Shown here piece by piece: positions 47,979-58,387 of a DNA stretch of 64,000 nucleotides (position 1 is the first letter of the stretch; each line of letters starts with the position of its first letter). The stretch is from Phycisphaerae bacterium (GTDB lineage Bacteria > Planctomycetota > Phycisphaerae > UBA1845), in NCBI GenBank assembly GCA_029260165.1, contig JAJDDT010000013.1, positions 18,954 to 82,953 of the forward strand. Reading direction: 5' to 3'. The notes beneath the pieces are model-generated. The model searched no databases. It worked only from the letters and a program-made list of their open reading frames with translations, and was not told where the DNA came from. The position numbers and the translations under genes were made by a program.

Positions 47979-49117
47979 TGGCCGCAGGACGTGACGGGAT
48001 TGTGCGCGTTTGTTTTGTGTTCGGGACAAGGCCTGAGGTGATCAAGTGTGCGCCGGTGATACGGTGCTTGTCGCAGCGCGAGGGGTTCGAAGTTCAGACG
48101 GTGTTGACCGCGCAGCATCGGGAGATGTCGGACCAGGTGATCGAGGTTTTCGGTGTGCCGGTGACGGTGGATCTGGATTTGATGCGGGCAGGGCAGACGT
48201 TGCCGTCGCTGACGGCGCGTTTGTGTGAAGGGGTGTCGGGGGCGATTCAGCAGTTGAAACCGGATTGCGTGATGGTGCAGGGTGATACGACGAGTTGTTT
48301 TGTCGGGGCGCTTGCGGGGTTTTATGCGGGGATCGCGGTGGGGCATCTGGAGGCGGGTTTGCGGACGAGTGATGTGCGTCAGCCGTTTCCCGAGGAGATG
48401 AATCGTCGATTGGTCGGGTCGTTGGCGAGTTTTCATTTCGCGCCGACGGAAGGTGCCAGGACGAATCTGTTGAAGGAAAATGTACCTGCGGATCGGATTT
48501 GGGTAACGGGGAATTCGGGGATTGACGCGCTGCGGATCGTGAGTGAGACCGCCATAGTTGCCGCGGGGACCGCGTTGGCGGATGTGTTGGCGGGGTGTGA
48601 CGGTTTGGTGATGACGGTGACGTCGCATCGGCGGGAAAATCAGCCTTTCATGGCAGGGATTGCGTCTGCGATTTACGAATTGATCGAGGCCGTGCCGAAT
48701 TTGCACGTCGTGTTTCCGGTGCACCTGAGTCCGGCTGTGCGCAAGGCGGTGATGCCGATTCTAAGCGGTGTGGACCGGTGTCATTTACTGGAACCGCTGG
48801 CGTATGATCAGTTCGTGGCGTTGATGAAACGGAGCGATGTGATTCTGACGGATTCGGGCGGGATTCAGGAGGAAGCACCGTATCTTGGCAAACCGGTGTT
48901 GGTCATGCGGCGGAAGACGGAGCGCCCCGAGGCGGTCGAGGCGGGGACGACGATTCTGGTCGGGGATGATCAGGCGACGATTTTCGATCGTACGTTGGGA
49001 CTGTTGAATGATGCCGAAGAGCGGGTGCGGATGGCAAAAGCCGCGAATCCGTACGGTGACGGTTACGCCTCCGAACGCGTGGCGGATGTGTTGGCGGGGG
49101 CGTTCGGGGGCAGATAG
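47975..49117 (+). CDS. wecB: UDP-GlcNAc 2-epimerase (non-hydrolysing)
   Basis: FGTRPEVIK, QGDTTS, HLEAGLR, PFPEE, TDSGGIQEE, NPYGDG. Confidence 0.96.
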   Translation: MMAAGRDGIVRVCFVFGTRPEVIKCAPVIRCLSQREGFEVQTVLTAQHREMSDQVIEVFGVPVTVDLDLMRAGQTLPSLTARLCEGVSGAIQQLKPDCVMVQGDTTSCFVGALAGFYAGIAVGHLEAGLRTSDVRQPFPEEMNRRLVGSLASFHFAPTEGARTNLLKENVPADRIWVTGNSGIDALRIVSETAIVAAGTALADVLAGCDGLVMTVTSHRRENQPFMAGIASAIYELIEAVPNLHVVFPVHLSPAVRKAVMPILSGVDRCHLLEPLAYDQFVALMKRSDVILTDSGGIQEEAPYLGKPVLVMRRKTERPEAVEAGTTILVGDDQATIFDRTLGLLNDAEERVRMAKAANPYGDGYASERVADVLAGAFGGR

Positions 49118-49148
49118 TTGCCCGCCTGATCGGACTGCGCGATCGTGG

Positions 49149-50411
49149 TCAGGCCATGTGGTCGATGACGGCGTCGCCGAACTCGCTGCATTTGAGCAAT
49201 TTGGCGGGCTTGCCTTCGTGCTCCATGAGGCGATGGAAGTCGTATGTGACCGTTCGGGCGGAGATGGCGCCTTGCACGCCGTTGATGATCAGATCGGCTG
49301 CTTCGGTCCACCCCATATAACGCAACATCATTTCGCCGGAAAGGATGACCGAACCGGGATTGACCTTGTCCTGATTGGTGTATTTGGGTGCGGTTCCGTG
49401 GGTCGCTTCAAAGATGGCGTGCCCGGTTTCATAGTTGATGTTTCCGCCCGGGGCGATGCCGATACCGCCGACCTGTGCAGCCAACGCGTCGGAAAGATAG
49501 TCACCGTTGAGGTTGAGCGTCGCGATGACGTCGAACTCGGTGGGGCGGGTGAGCACCTGCTGTAGGGTGATGTCGGCGATGGCATCCTTGATCAGAACGC
49601 GGTCGCCGGGTTGACCGTCGCAATCGTCCCAACCGACGGCTTTGTCGCTGAATTCCTCTTTGGTGAGTTCGTAACCCCAATCGCGGAACCCACCTTCGGT
49701 GAATTTCATGATGTTGCCCTTGTGGACAAGGGTGACGCTCTTTTTATTGTTTTCGATAGCGTATCGAATGGCTGCCCGGATCAGGCGTTTTGATCCTTCG
49801 GAGCTGACCGGTTTGATGCCGATGGCGCTGGTGTCGGGAAATCGAATTTTCTCGACGCCCATCGCTTCGCGAAGCCACGCGATGACCTTTTTGACCTCCG
49901 GCGTGCCCGATTCCCACTCGATGCCCGCGTAGATGTCTTCGGTGTTTTCACGAAAGATGACCATATCAACGAGTTCGGGACGCTTGACGGGTGAGGGGAC
50001 ACCCTCGAAGTATCGAACGACGCGTTGACAGGTGTACAGGTCGAGCATTTGGCGCAATGCGACGTTGAGTGATCGGATGCCACCGCCAACCGGTGTGGTC
50101 AACGGTCCCTTGATGCCGACCAGAAGTTCGCGGCAGGCGGTGATGGTGTCGTTGGGAAGCCAGGTGCCGTACTTGTCGTAGGATTTCTGACCTGCGTAGA
50201 CCTCGAACCATGCGATTTTGCGTTTGGGGCCGTAGGCTTTGGTGACGGCTGCGTCGAAAACACGGACGGCGGCCCGCCAGATGTCGGGGCCGATGCCGTC
50301 CCCCTCGATAAACGGAATAATCGGGTTGTCCGGGACGTTGATTCCATTGGAGGCCATTGTAATCGGTTGACCCGCCGTCGGTGCGTCGAGATTCTCGAAT
50401 GTCAGACTCAT
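49149..50411 (-). CDS. icd: NADP-dependent isocitrate dehydrogenase
   Basis: [49 protein letters not shown]. Confidence 0.97.
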   Translation of the reverse strand: MSLTFENLDAPTAGQPITMASNGINVPDNPIIPFIEGDGIGPDIWRAAVRVFDAAVTKAYGPKRKIAWFEVYAGQKSYDKYGTWLPNDTITACRELLVGIKGPLTTPVGGGIRSLNVALRQMLDLYTCQRVVRYFEGVPSPVKRPELVDMVIFRENTEDIYAGIEWESGTPEVKKVIAWLREAMGVEKIRFPDTSAIGIKPVSSEGSKRLIRAAIRYAIENNKKSVTLVHKGNIMKFTEGGFRDWGYELTKEEFSDKAVGWDDCDGQPGDRVLIKDAIADITLQQVLTRPTEFDVIATLNLNGDYLSDALAAQVGGIGIAPGGNINYETGHAIFEATHGTAPKYTNQDKVNPGSVILSGEMMLRYMGWTEAADLIINGVQGAISARTVTYDFHRLMEHEGKPAKLLKCSEFGDAVIDHMA

Positions 50412-50470
50412 GTTCGGAGTTCCTGCAGAATGGTGTCGAATGGTGGCGATTCACCTGAAAACCGATTGCG

Positions 50471-50499
50471 ACTGTATGGTCCGGGACATTCGGTGTCAA
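50471..50499 (-). promoter_or_regulatory. Sigma70 promoter of icd
   Basis: TTGACA-17 nt-TACAGT on the minus strand. Confidence 0.65.
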
Positions 50500-50572
50500 C
50501 GCGATCTGGAGGCCGGGCGCTGGTGGTCAGACGGAGGAACGGTTGTCCTGCCGGGATATGCAGCGTGCTGTG

Positions 50573-50601
50573 TTGACGACGCACATCCTGCGAGATACAG
50601 T
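50573..50601 (+). promoter_or_regulatory. Sigma70 promoter of the GT2 operon
   Basis: TTGACG-17 nt-TACAGT. Confidence 0.55.
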
Positions 50602-50796
50602 CACAGGGGTCCACCGTGGTGGATGTGGGCGGTTGAATCGGAAGCAGGCGGAGGGCCTGCGATTTCCGGCGGAGGCGCGGTCGGAGGCTTGCCGGTTTGA
50701 ACTGCTGACACTACCGGGAAGCCGGTTCAGGCGGGTAGAGACGACTGCAACTGGCGAAAGTATCGTGGGCGAGCACAGACTTCCGGAATTGAATCC

Positions 50797-52368
50797 TTGA
50801 GCATCACCGACGGACTGATTTTCGGCTTGTTTTTATTGGCGACGTCGATGCTGGCTGTTTATGGCTTGCATCTTTACGTTCTCCTCTGGTTGTTTCGGCG
50901 GCGGTCTGCCGTCGTGTGCAGCGAACAGGCGGACATTGTGAGGCGGTTCCGATCGGACGTGCCGCACGATCAATGGCCCAACGTGACCAGCCAGATTCCG
51001 CTGTACAACGAACGCGACGTGTCGGAGCGTATTATCCGAGCCGTGGCTGCGTTCGACTATCCGCGAGACAAACACGAGATTCAGGTTCTCGATGACAGCG
51101 ATGACGGATCCTCGGCGACCGTCGATCGTGTTGTTGATGACCTGCGGTCAGCCGGTGTGGACATCATTACGGTGCGACGTGCGGACCGCAGTCATTACAA
51201 GGCGGGTGCGTTGGAGGTTGGTGTTCGTCGGGCAAAAGGTGAGTATCTGGCTGTTTTCGACGCGGATTTTATTCCGCCGATTGATTTTCTGCTGCGGTCT
51301 GTACCGCTGCTGGAATCATCACCGGACCTCGCCTGTCTTCAGGGACGCTGGTCGCACATCAATGAAGGTGAATCATGGATTACGCGGGCGCAGGCGCTGG
51401 GTATCGATGGTCACTTCGCCGTCGAGCAGGGTGCTCGTGCCTGGAACGGGCTGTTGATGAATTTCAATGGAACAGCCGGTATCTGGCGCAAGGCGGCGAT
51501 TGACGATCCGGCGGTTGGCGGCTGGTCCGGTGATACGCTGACCGAAGACCTGGACCTTTCGTATCGTGCTCAGCTTGCGGGCTGGCGGATCGATTATTCA
51601 TTGACACTTGATTGTCCCGCGGAGTTGCCCGGTGACATCAATGCGTTCAAGAGTCAGCAACGTCGTTGGGCAACCGGCTCGATTCAGGTTGCGGTGAAAC
51701 TGTTGCGGCGGATTTGGTCGGCCCCGCTTGGATTCGGGCAAAAAATTGAGGCGACACTTCACCTGACGCACTATTCGGTTTCGGTGTGGATGCTCATTCT
51801 CGCGATCGTGGCTCGTCCCATGCTCATCATGACGATGGATGTGATGAAGATGAGTGGTTGGTTCTGGGTATTGTGGGGCGTGGTGATTCTCTCGGCGATC
51901 GCGCCGGCGATGATCTATGGTTATGCCCGCTGGAGCCTGAACGGTCGCCTGACCGGGTTCAAGCGCATTCCGCAATTGATGGCGTTGGGATGCGGGATGT
52001 GCGTCAATAATTCGTTGGCGGTCATTCGCGGGCTTTTTTCCCGGGGCGGCGAGTTCGTTCGCACTCCGAAATCCGGGAGTGAGCAGTCCGCCTCCAAAAA
52101 AAGCAGCTATGCGGCGGTTCAATCACATCTCTGGATTGTCGAGTTGTTTCTGGCTGTTTATTCGTTTGTTAGTTTTGGGTTTTATGTTTACATGGGACAA
52201 TGGCCTGTCAGCGTCTTTCTGTTGTTGTACGGTGCGGGATTCCTTTGCGTTGGACTAACGTCGCGGCCACGTTTGCGCGGCAGGCGTGTCGATCGTGGCC
52301 GGGAAGCTGAGGCGTCTGTTGCAAACCCGGCGTTGAGAACTTCCCTGGCCGACTCGTCAAACAGTTGA
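50797..52368 (+). CDS. GT2 cellulose-synthase-like glycosyltransferase
   Basis: QIPLYNE, LDDS, KAGAL, FDADF, TEDLD, QQRRW, FVRTPK. Confidence 0.92.
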   Translation: MSITDGLIFGLFLLATSMLAVYGLHLYVLLWLFRRRSAVVCSEQADIVRRFRSDVPHDQWPNVTSQIPLYNERDVSERIIRAVAAFDYPRDKHEIQVLDDSDDGSSATVDRVVDDLRSAGVDIITVRRADRSHYKAGALEVGVRRAKGEYLAVFDADFIPPIDFLLRSVPLLESSPDLACLQGRWSHINEGESWITRAQALGIDGHFAVEQGARAWNGLLMNFNGTAGIWRKAAIDDPAVGGWSGDTLTEDLDLSYRAQLAGWRIDYSLTLDCPAELPGDINAFKSQQRRWATGSIQVAVKLLRRIWSAPLGFGQKIEATLHLTHYSVSVWMLILAIVARPMLIMTMDVMKMSGWFWVLWGVVILSAIAPAMIYGYARWSLNGRLTGFKRIPQLMALGCGMCVNNSLAVIRGLFSRGGEFVRTPKSGSEQSASKKSSYAAVQSHLWIVELFLAVYSFVSFGFYVYMGQWPVSVFLLLYGAGFLCVGLTSRPRLRGRRVDRGREAEASVANPALRTSLADSSNS

Positions 52369-52390
52369 CGCGTCGGGTCCGCGGTTCGTT

Positions 52391-53677
52391 ATGAACATCC
52401 GAACGGATCATCCATTTGTGCCGGCTGTTCTTATGCGGTTTGTCGGCTGGTTTCTTCTATTTTCGTTTGCCGTCACGACCGCGTATCTGGGTTCGGTGAC
52501 CCGCAACCCCCTGGTTTTTCAGATATCCTATCTTGTTGGGTTTATCGGGTTTGCATTTGTTGTATTCTCTGTCTTGAAGCATCCACAGCAGCAGCGGTGG
52601 GGGGGGATACTGGTCGCGTGTGTCCTGATCCGCATGATCACCACCAATGTTGAATCCAGTGACGATTTGTATCGGTATTTGTGGGAAGGGCGGATCCAGT
52701 CGGCGGGATACAATCCCTATTCGACAACGCCCGACGCACCGGAACTTGCTGATTTTCGCGACGACAACTGGAAACACATCAATCACCCGGATTACTCAGC
52801 CATCTATCCACCTTTGGCGCAGTTGTCATTCTACCTGATTGCAACCCTTAAACCGTCATTGATTGCATTCAAAATCGCCAACATGCTTGCGGACCTTGTT
52901 GCGCTGGTTCTTCTTGCGCGATGGCTGCGGTTGCGAGGGCAGCCGCCGGACCGCGTTGTTTTGTACGCCGTTTGTCCGCTTACGCTGGCTGCTTTCGCGA
53001 TCGATGGGCACATCGATAGTCTCATGCTCGTCTTTCTGGCGGGTGCGGGCATGGCTGACGAAAAAGGGAAGCATCATCTTTGTGGGGTATTGATCGGTCT
53101 TGCGACATTGGCGAAGCTGGTTCCAATTGTTCTGCTGCCCTGGCTTGTACTGAAAAATCCCCGGTCAGCCTGTTTGGCGGTGGTTGTCATCGTCCTGGGT
53201 TATTTGCCATATTCGGACGCGGGCGGTGCGTTGTTCGACAGCCTGACGAGGTTCGGTGGGCAGACGGACATGCTCGGGTTTGGTTATTCGGTTCTGGCTG
53301 GCTTGTCGAACGGTGCTGTCGCGCGTCTCGTGGGGGTCGCCGCTATTGGTGGTGCGTCCATCTATGCGGCGTTGAAACGTCAGTCATTGGCTGACGCGAT
53401 TTTCCCCACGTTCGGGGCGATGATTCTGGTGATGCCTGTCGTGCAGTATTGGTATCTGACCTGGGTTCTTCTTGTGATGCCGTTCCGTGCGAGGTGGGCG
53501 TGGCTCGTTCTGTCCGCGAGCATGGTGTTCTATTTCGAGTCGGAACGGCAGGAGGCGGTGTTTGGTACCTGGAAAATGCCGACGTGGGTCATCTTCGCTG
53601 TCTACACCCCATTTGTCGTAACAGTCGTCGCGGAGTGGGCTTGGCGATGGAAGGGCAACAGGGCGATCAACGCCTGA
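52391..53677 (+). CDS. GT-C membrane glycosyltransferase (GT87/DUF2029-like)
   Basis: SDDLYRYLWEG, NPY, IYPP, GHIDS, WYL; multi-TM. Confidence 0.85.
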   Translation: MNIRTDHPFVPAVLMRFVGWFLLFSFAVTTAYLGSVTRNPLVFQISYLVGFIGFAFVVFSVLKHPQQQRWGGILVACVLIRMITTNVESSDDLYRYLWEGRIQSAGYNPYSTTPDAPELADFRDDNWKHINHPDYSAIYPPLAQLSFYLIATLKPSLIAFKIANMLADLVALVLLARWLRLRGQPPDRVVLYAVCPLTLAAFAIDGHIDSLMLVFLAGAGMADEKGKHHLCGVLIGLATLAKLVPIVLLPWLVLKNPRSACLAVVVIVLGYLPYSDAGGALFDSLTRFGGQTDMLGFGYSVLAGLSNGAVARLVGVAAIGGASIYAALKRQSLADAIFPTFGAMILVMPVVQYWYLTWVLLVMPFRARWAWLVLSASMVFYFESERQEAVFGTWKMPTWVIFAVYTPFVVTVVAEWAWRWKGNRAINA

Positions 53678-54796
53678 CTATTTTTGCGGTACCTTGATGT
53701 TGTGGGGGACGTCGCCGATCCCCGTCGGGATTTTGACACCGATGGCCCCCTGACGCTCAAACCGTGACATCAAACGATTGATGGTATCGAGCAGTTCCTT
53801 CAATCGCTCCCCTGAATCGACGAGCGACTCGTACAGCTTTGGATCGCGTACGAACATGCCGGCGGACCCCTCGCCATGTTCAATTCCCTCGACGACGCGA
53901 TTTAGCGTCGCAAACAGATGTGCCGCGTTTTCCAGGGCAGGTCGCAGGTGATCAGCGGCTTCGTTCAGGGACAGGGACAGGTCGTCCACGCCAACCTCCA
54001 GTTTGTCGGTGATGCGTTTGAGGTCCATGCGCAGCGCAGCCGCTGTCACGCGAATGTCCTCGACGGCAGATCGCGCGTCGGTGCCTATTTGATCGACGTT
54101 GTCCACCAGTCGGAACCACGCCTGGCGGACGCGCTCATCACCAAATGTCTCGTTGAACGTACGCAGTGTCACGTCGAACCGTTCAATCACCGTGGAGAGA
54201 TTGGCAGTCACTCGGCGAGCCTCGCTGGCGGGGTTGTCGACGTCTCCGACGGTATGTCTTTCGAGCAAATCGTGGAGATCGTCCGCAACCGGTGTCAATG
54301 CGCCCACGAATTCACCAAACTGCACGACGGTCTTGTCGACGGAATCCAGCAGCGTATCCGGGATCATGTCGCCCCAGATGTTGCCCATTTTCCCCTTGAT
54401 AACCGCACCCGGTGGAAACGGGGGGGCTTCACCCTCAAGCACCCGAAGGATGATCTTCCCGCGACCAAGCCCCAGACCGGCAGGCTGTACCACGGCGGTG
54501 GCGGTGTTGGGTATCTGAAAATCCTTGCTGATCGCACTGACAATCTCGACCCCGCGATCGAGGTGTGCGGCATCCAGGAATCGCAGTTCAAGCACCCGCC
54601 CGACCTGTACGCCGCTCAGGTAAATCTGATCTCCCTCGGAAATCCCGCTCGGCTCATTAACCGTGATGATCACCCTGTAATCCCCACGGCCGAACAACCT
54701 GGGCAACTCGCCGAACGATGTCATCAGCATCGCCAGCGCGAACAACCCAATGATCGTAAACAGTCCGACAAAAATGTTTCGGCGCTTTTCCTTCAT
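53678..54796 (-). CDS. mlaD: MlaD/MCE protein
   Basis: N-terminal TM, MCE domain (GISEG...SGVQVGRV), helical tail, GSAG.F..D..LY. Confidence 0.88.
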   Translation of the reverse strand: MKEKRRNIFVGLFTIIGLFALAMLMTSFGELPRLFGRGDYRVIITVNEPSGISEGDQIYLSGVQVGRVLELRFLDAAHLDRGVEIVSAISKDFQIPNTATAVVQPAGLGLGRGKIILRVLEGEAPPFPPGAVIKGKMGNIWGDMIPDTLLDSVDKTVVQFGEFVGALTPVADDLHDLLERHTVGDVDNPASEARRVTANLSTVIERFDVTLRTFNETFGDERVRQAWFRLVDNVDQIGTDARSAVEDIRVTAAALRMDLKRITDKLEVGVDDLSLSLNEAADHLRPALENAAHLFATLNRVVEGIEHGEGSAGMFVRDPKLYESLVDSGERLKELLDTINRLMSRFERQGAIGVKIPTGIGDVPHNIKVPQK

Positions 54797-54799
54797 GGA

Positions 54800-55606
54800 T
54801 TATGCAGCTCCGTCCAGTTCGAGTATGTCCTCGTCGCTCGCGTGTCCACTGATGAATCGTTGCACCCGTGGTTCATCCGAATTTCGAAGCTCATCCGGCG
54901 TCCCGTCGAAAATGAAGTCTCCACTCATCAGCATCAGCACGCGGTCAGCTACCTTGAAGACGGTCGACAGGTCATGCGTGACGACGATGCTCGTCACATG
55001 CAGCGTTTTCTTCAAACGCAGAATCAGTTCATTGATCACATCGGCTCGTACGGGATCCAGCCCGGTCGTTGGCTCGTCGTACAGAATGACCTCCGGATCG
55101 AGAGCGATCGCGCGTGCGAGGGCGACGCGTTTTTTCTGTCCTCCGGACAACTCGGACGGCATCTTGCTCTGAATGCCGTCCAGGCCGACCAATCGCAGCT
55201 TTTTGGCAACAATGCGATCGATTTGGTCGCGGGTCTTGCTGCCATCCTGCCGGATCGGAAAGCCCACGTTTTCACCAGCCGTCATCGAATCAAACAACGC
55301 GCTGAGCTGGAACAGGTAGCCGAATCGACGGCGCAGTTTCGCGAGGGCAGCGGTCGATATTTGATCGATGCGTTGTCCGCGAAACACGATTTCGCCCTTG
55401 TCCGGCTGCAACAGTCCGACGATGTGTTTGATCAAAACGCTCTTTCCGACGCCCGATGCACCGATAATCACGACTGTTTGTCCTTCGGGAATACTGAGAT
55501 TGACGCCGTTGAGCACCACCTGCGTCTTGAACGCCTTGTACACGTCGACCAACTCAATGAGCGGGGTTGGTGAATCGGTGGGATGTTTTGAATCGTGATC
55601 CGGCAT
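54800..55606 (-). CDS. mlaF: ABC ATPase MlaF
   Basis: GASGVGKS, ALFDSMT, PSELSGGQKKR, YDEPTTGLDP. Confidence 0.92.
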   Translation of the reverse strand: MPDHDSKHPTDSPTPLIELVDVYKAFKTQVVLNGVNLSIPEGQTVVIIGASGVGKSVLIKHIVGLLQPDKGEIVFRGQRIDQISTAALAKLRRRFGYLFQLSALFDSMTAGENVGFPIRQDGSKTRDQIDRIVAKKLRLVGLDGIQSKMPSELSGGQKKRVALARAIALDPEVILYDEPTTGLDPVRADVINELILRLKKTLHVTSIVVTHDLSTVFKVADRVLMLMSGDFIFDGTPDELRNSDEPRVQRFISGHASDEDILELDGAA

Positions 55607-55612
55607 CGTTTC

Positions 55613-56428
55613 CTATAGCACAGGTTTGAAGCCCCAAATCGTGTTGTACATGTCCTGCATCAGACGCAACATGAAGAAATCCGTGATCAGAATCACGATG
55701 AAACTCGTCACAAACGCGCTCGTGCAGGCTCGACCCACACCCTCAGCGCCGGAACGACAGTTAAAACCCTTGAAACAGGAGATCAGTCCGATCAAGCCGC
55801 CGAAAACAACACTCTTGGTCAATCCGGAAAAGATGTCCCACTTTTCGATCGCCTCAGCCGTGTAATATTGGTAAGGCTCGGAGGGAATGTGGTGAACTAT
55901 CACCGCGACAAACCAGCCCCCGATGGATCCCATCATGTTGCAATACATCGTTAGAATAGGTGCAAGCACGATGCAGGCAATGACGCGTGGTACGACAAGA
56001 TGCCGAACAGGATCGGTTCCCATGACGCGCAGGGCATCCAACTGCTCGGTCACACGCATGGTCCCCAGCTCAGCCGTCAGCGCTCCACCGACCCTCCCAG
56101 CCAACATCACGCCGGCGAGGACAGGTCCCAGTTCCTTGACCAACGAAAGATTAACAAGCACGCCCATTCGGGTCTCAAGCCCTGCCGCGTGGAGTTGGTC
56201 CGCTGCCTGAGCAGCCAACACCAACCCGACGAACACACCCGTTACCACCATCACAGGAACGGAACGCACGCCGATGAGATAGAATTGGGGCATGAGCAAC
56301 CGCCAATCCCTGCCCCGAACACATGCAACCGGTATTTGTGAGACGGTTTTCCACGAGAATCGAGAGAATGTGCCCATCGATTCCAACGTCCTGATCGTTG
56401 TCGCACCGACCGTCGCCAGCATGGGCAC
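55613..56428 (-). CDS. mlaE: ABC permease MlaE
   Basis: KELGPV, AGRVG..AELGTMRVTEQLDAL, GAEGVG. Confidence 0.93.
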   Translation of the reverse strand: MPMLATVGATTIRTLESMGTFSRFSWKTVSQIPVACVRGRDWRLLMPQFYLIGVRSVPVMVVTGVFVGLVLAAQAADQLHAAGLETRMGVLVNLSLVKELGPVLAGVMLAGRVGGALTAELGTMRVTEQLDALRVMGTDPVRHLVVPRVIACIVLAPILTMYCNMMGSIGGWFVAVIVHHIPSEPYQYYTAEAIEKWDIFSGLTKSVVFGGLIGLISCFKGFNCRSGAEGVGRACTSAFVTSFIVILITDFFMLRLMQDMYNTIWGFKPVL

Positions 56429-56530
56429 ACCACCTGCATCGTCGCCTGTTCACTCCGCCGTCGCGTTGTAGTCGTGGCTCCCGACAGTGTCAATACTTTG
56501 CGTCATTTCACCCATTGTGTTTTGCGCGCG

Positions 56531-57358
56531 TCACAGCGGAAATCCCGTGGCCAGACTCCGGGCGATCGACTGGTATAAATCGCGGACTTGTATGCCAAAT
56601 CTCCAGGGCGACACGCCACGCAATACGTCGGTCGGATGCCACCAGCCCACCTGGTTCAAATGGTCCATTTCCAGGACAGGTTCGACAAAACACTCGTCTC
56701 GCCATTTGGCAGAGGCAACAGAGACCAGACCGTCGTTCGCGCCTTCGACCGCGTTGACCAGTTTCCACGACGGCAGCAGCGGTGTGAAAACAGAAGGCCA
56801 CGACTTCGCGCCGGCGTGGGTTTGAAATCTTACGCCGCAGGATCGCTCCCAATCTCCCGCCAACGCATTGAACGCAGCACACGCGGTCGTCTGCAGGTCG
56901 TAGACACCGTCCAAACCGAGCCTCGGCCTGGTGAACAGGGCGGGGCAATGTTGGACGCAAAAATCCGCGACCGGCGAGCCGTGGTGGGGCGTTCCAATCG
57001 TGGTGACCGATGCCACTTTTTTCGCGATTTCGTCATTCCTGTGGTTGAACAACATACGTCGTGCATCCAGCCCGCCCATGCTATGCCCGATAATATGAAC
57101 CCGCTCTGCTCCTGTCGTGTACAACACCTTTTCTACCGTCCGCCGCAACGAGGCTGCCCGGACATCCAGCCGCTGTGCCCACCCGACGTGGGAATGCCAT
57201 GCATCAAACCCCGCATGACGCAGATGGTTTCGGATGTTTCGAAAATAATGCAACCAGTCCCACCGTCGGGAATTGTCGATTTCAAGCCCGCGCACCAGAA
57301 ACTCATCGAAACGCATAAGTCCATGAGCGAGGATGATGGGATAGGTCCGCGTGTTCAT
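56531..57358 (-). CDS. Triacylglycerol lipase family alpha/beta hydrolase
   Basis: YPIILAHG, GHSMGG, GTPHHGS, NDGLV, DH. Confidence 0.9.
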   Translation of the reverse strand: MNTRTYPIILAHGLMRFDEFLVRGLEIDNSRRWDWLHYFRNIRNHLRHAGFDAWHSHVGWAQRLDVRAASLRRTVEKVLYTTGAERVHIIGHSMGGLDARRMLFNHRNDEIAKKVASVTTIGTPHHGSPVADFCVQHCPALFTRPRLGLDGVYDLQTTACAAFNALAGDWERSCGVRFQTHAGAKSWPSVFTPLLPSWKLVNAVEGANDGLVSVASAKWRDECFVEPVLEMDHLNQVGWWHPTDVLRGVSPWRFGIQVRDLYQSIARSLATGFPL

Positions 57359-57514
57359 TGTCCCTTCAATCATCGGCTCCCCGTTGGTTGTCGGCAACCC
57401 GCCGTCCGACCGTCCAACTTGACGGGTTTGGGGTGGGGCGGTCTAATTTTGGGAATGAAACGTCCTGAACATCGTGATTTGCATTGGTACTGAAATCGTA
57501 ACTGGAGGTTCCCG

Positions 57515-58387
57515 ATGAGGCGAACGTCTGCCGCCCTGATAACGACTTGCCTGCTGGCCTGCAGCGCCTGCAACACCGACCCATTGTGGGAACCCAAACA
57601 ACGAAGCCTCGACGCTCCGACGACGTCGATAAGCCATCCCGATGGCGTGGATGTGCCGGACATCATTCTTACGGATGCGTCGGAAGTTGATCTCGTCGAA
57701 CAGGTGCTCGCAAACCGAGCCGCCTATTTCCTGTCGCTCGAGACCCTTCGCAATTACTACGAGGAAACGGGACATCACGAAAAACGTACATGGGCGGAGG
57801 CGGAGCTTGCTGACGTCCGCCGGATCAAACCGTTCCGATACATTCTTTCCGGCGAGATTCCGATCGAGAAACTGCTCCCCACCGACAGCATCCCGGAGGC
57901 AGACGAGCTTTATGATTCGGGTTTGGCGCTGATGCGAGAGGGGGGGCATGGGGTGCCCGCGCTCTACCGCAAGGGCAAGATGCGGGATGCGTTGGCGACG
58001 TTTCGAACGCTTATCGCCGAACATCCGTCCAGCGACAAAATTGACGACGCCGCGTTCCAGTGCGGGGAGATTCATAGGGAGTATTTCAAAGGTGAAGAGG
58101 AGTTGGCGGTCCGCTGGTACGAAAGGGCGTTTGCGTGGGATCCGGAGACGCCTCATCCTGCCCGGTTTCAGGCAGCCGTTGTTTACGACCTCAGGTTGCA
58201 TGACCGTGATCGCGCGTTGGAGCTGTATCATGCTGTAATCGAAATGGAAAACGACGAGCAGTCCAACGTGAATTTTGCCCTCCGGCGTATCGGTCAGCTT
58301 TCCGAAAACCCCGCCGGTGCTCAGGCTTTTGTCCCACCTTCAAACGAGAATACCAAACCCGAAAATACCAGACCGCAAGCCCCATGA
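57515..58387 (+). CDS. TPR-containing lipoprotein (BamD/CpoB-like)
   Basis: Lipobox-like LACSAC; ADELY..G, HPSSDKIDDAAF, TPR-like helices. Confidence 0.8.
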   Translation: MRRTSAALITTCLLACSACNTDPLWEPKQRSLDAPTTSISHPDGVDVPDIILTDASEVDLVEQVLANRAAYFLSLETLRNYYEETGHHEKRTWAEAELADVRRIKPFRYILSGEIPIEKLLPTDSIPEADELYDSGLALMREGGHGVPALYRKGKMRDALATFRTLIAEHPSSDKIDDAAFQCGEIHREYFKGEEELAVRWYERAFAWDPETPHPARFQAAVVYDLRLHDRDRALELYHAVIEMENDEQSNVNFALRRIGQLSENPAGAQAFVPPSNENTKPENTRPQAP

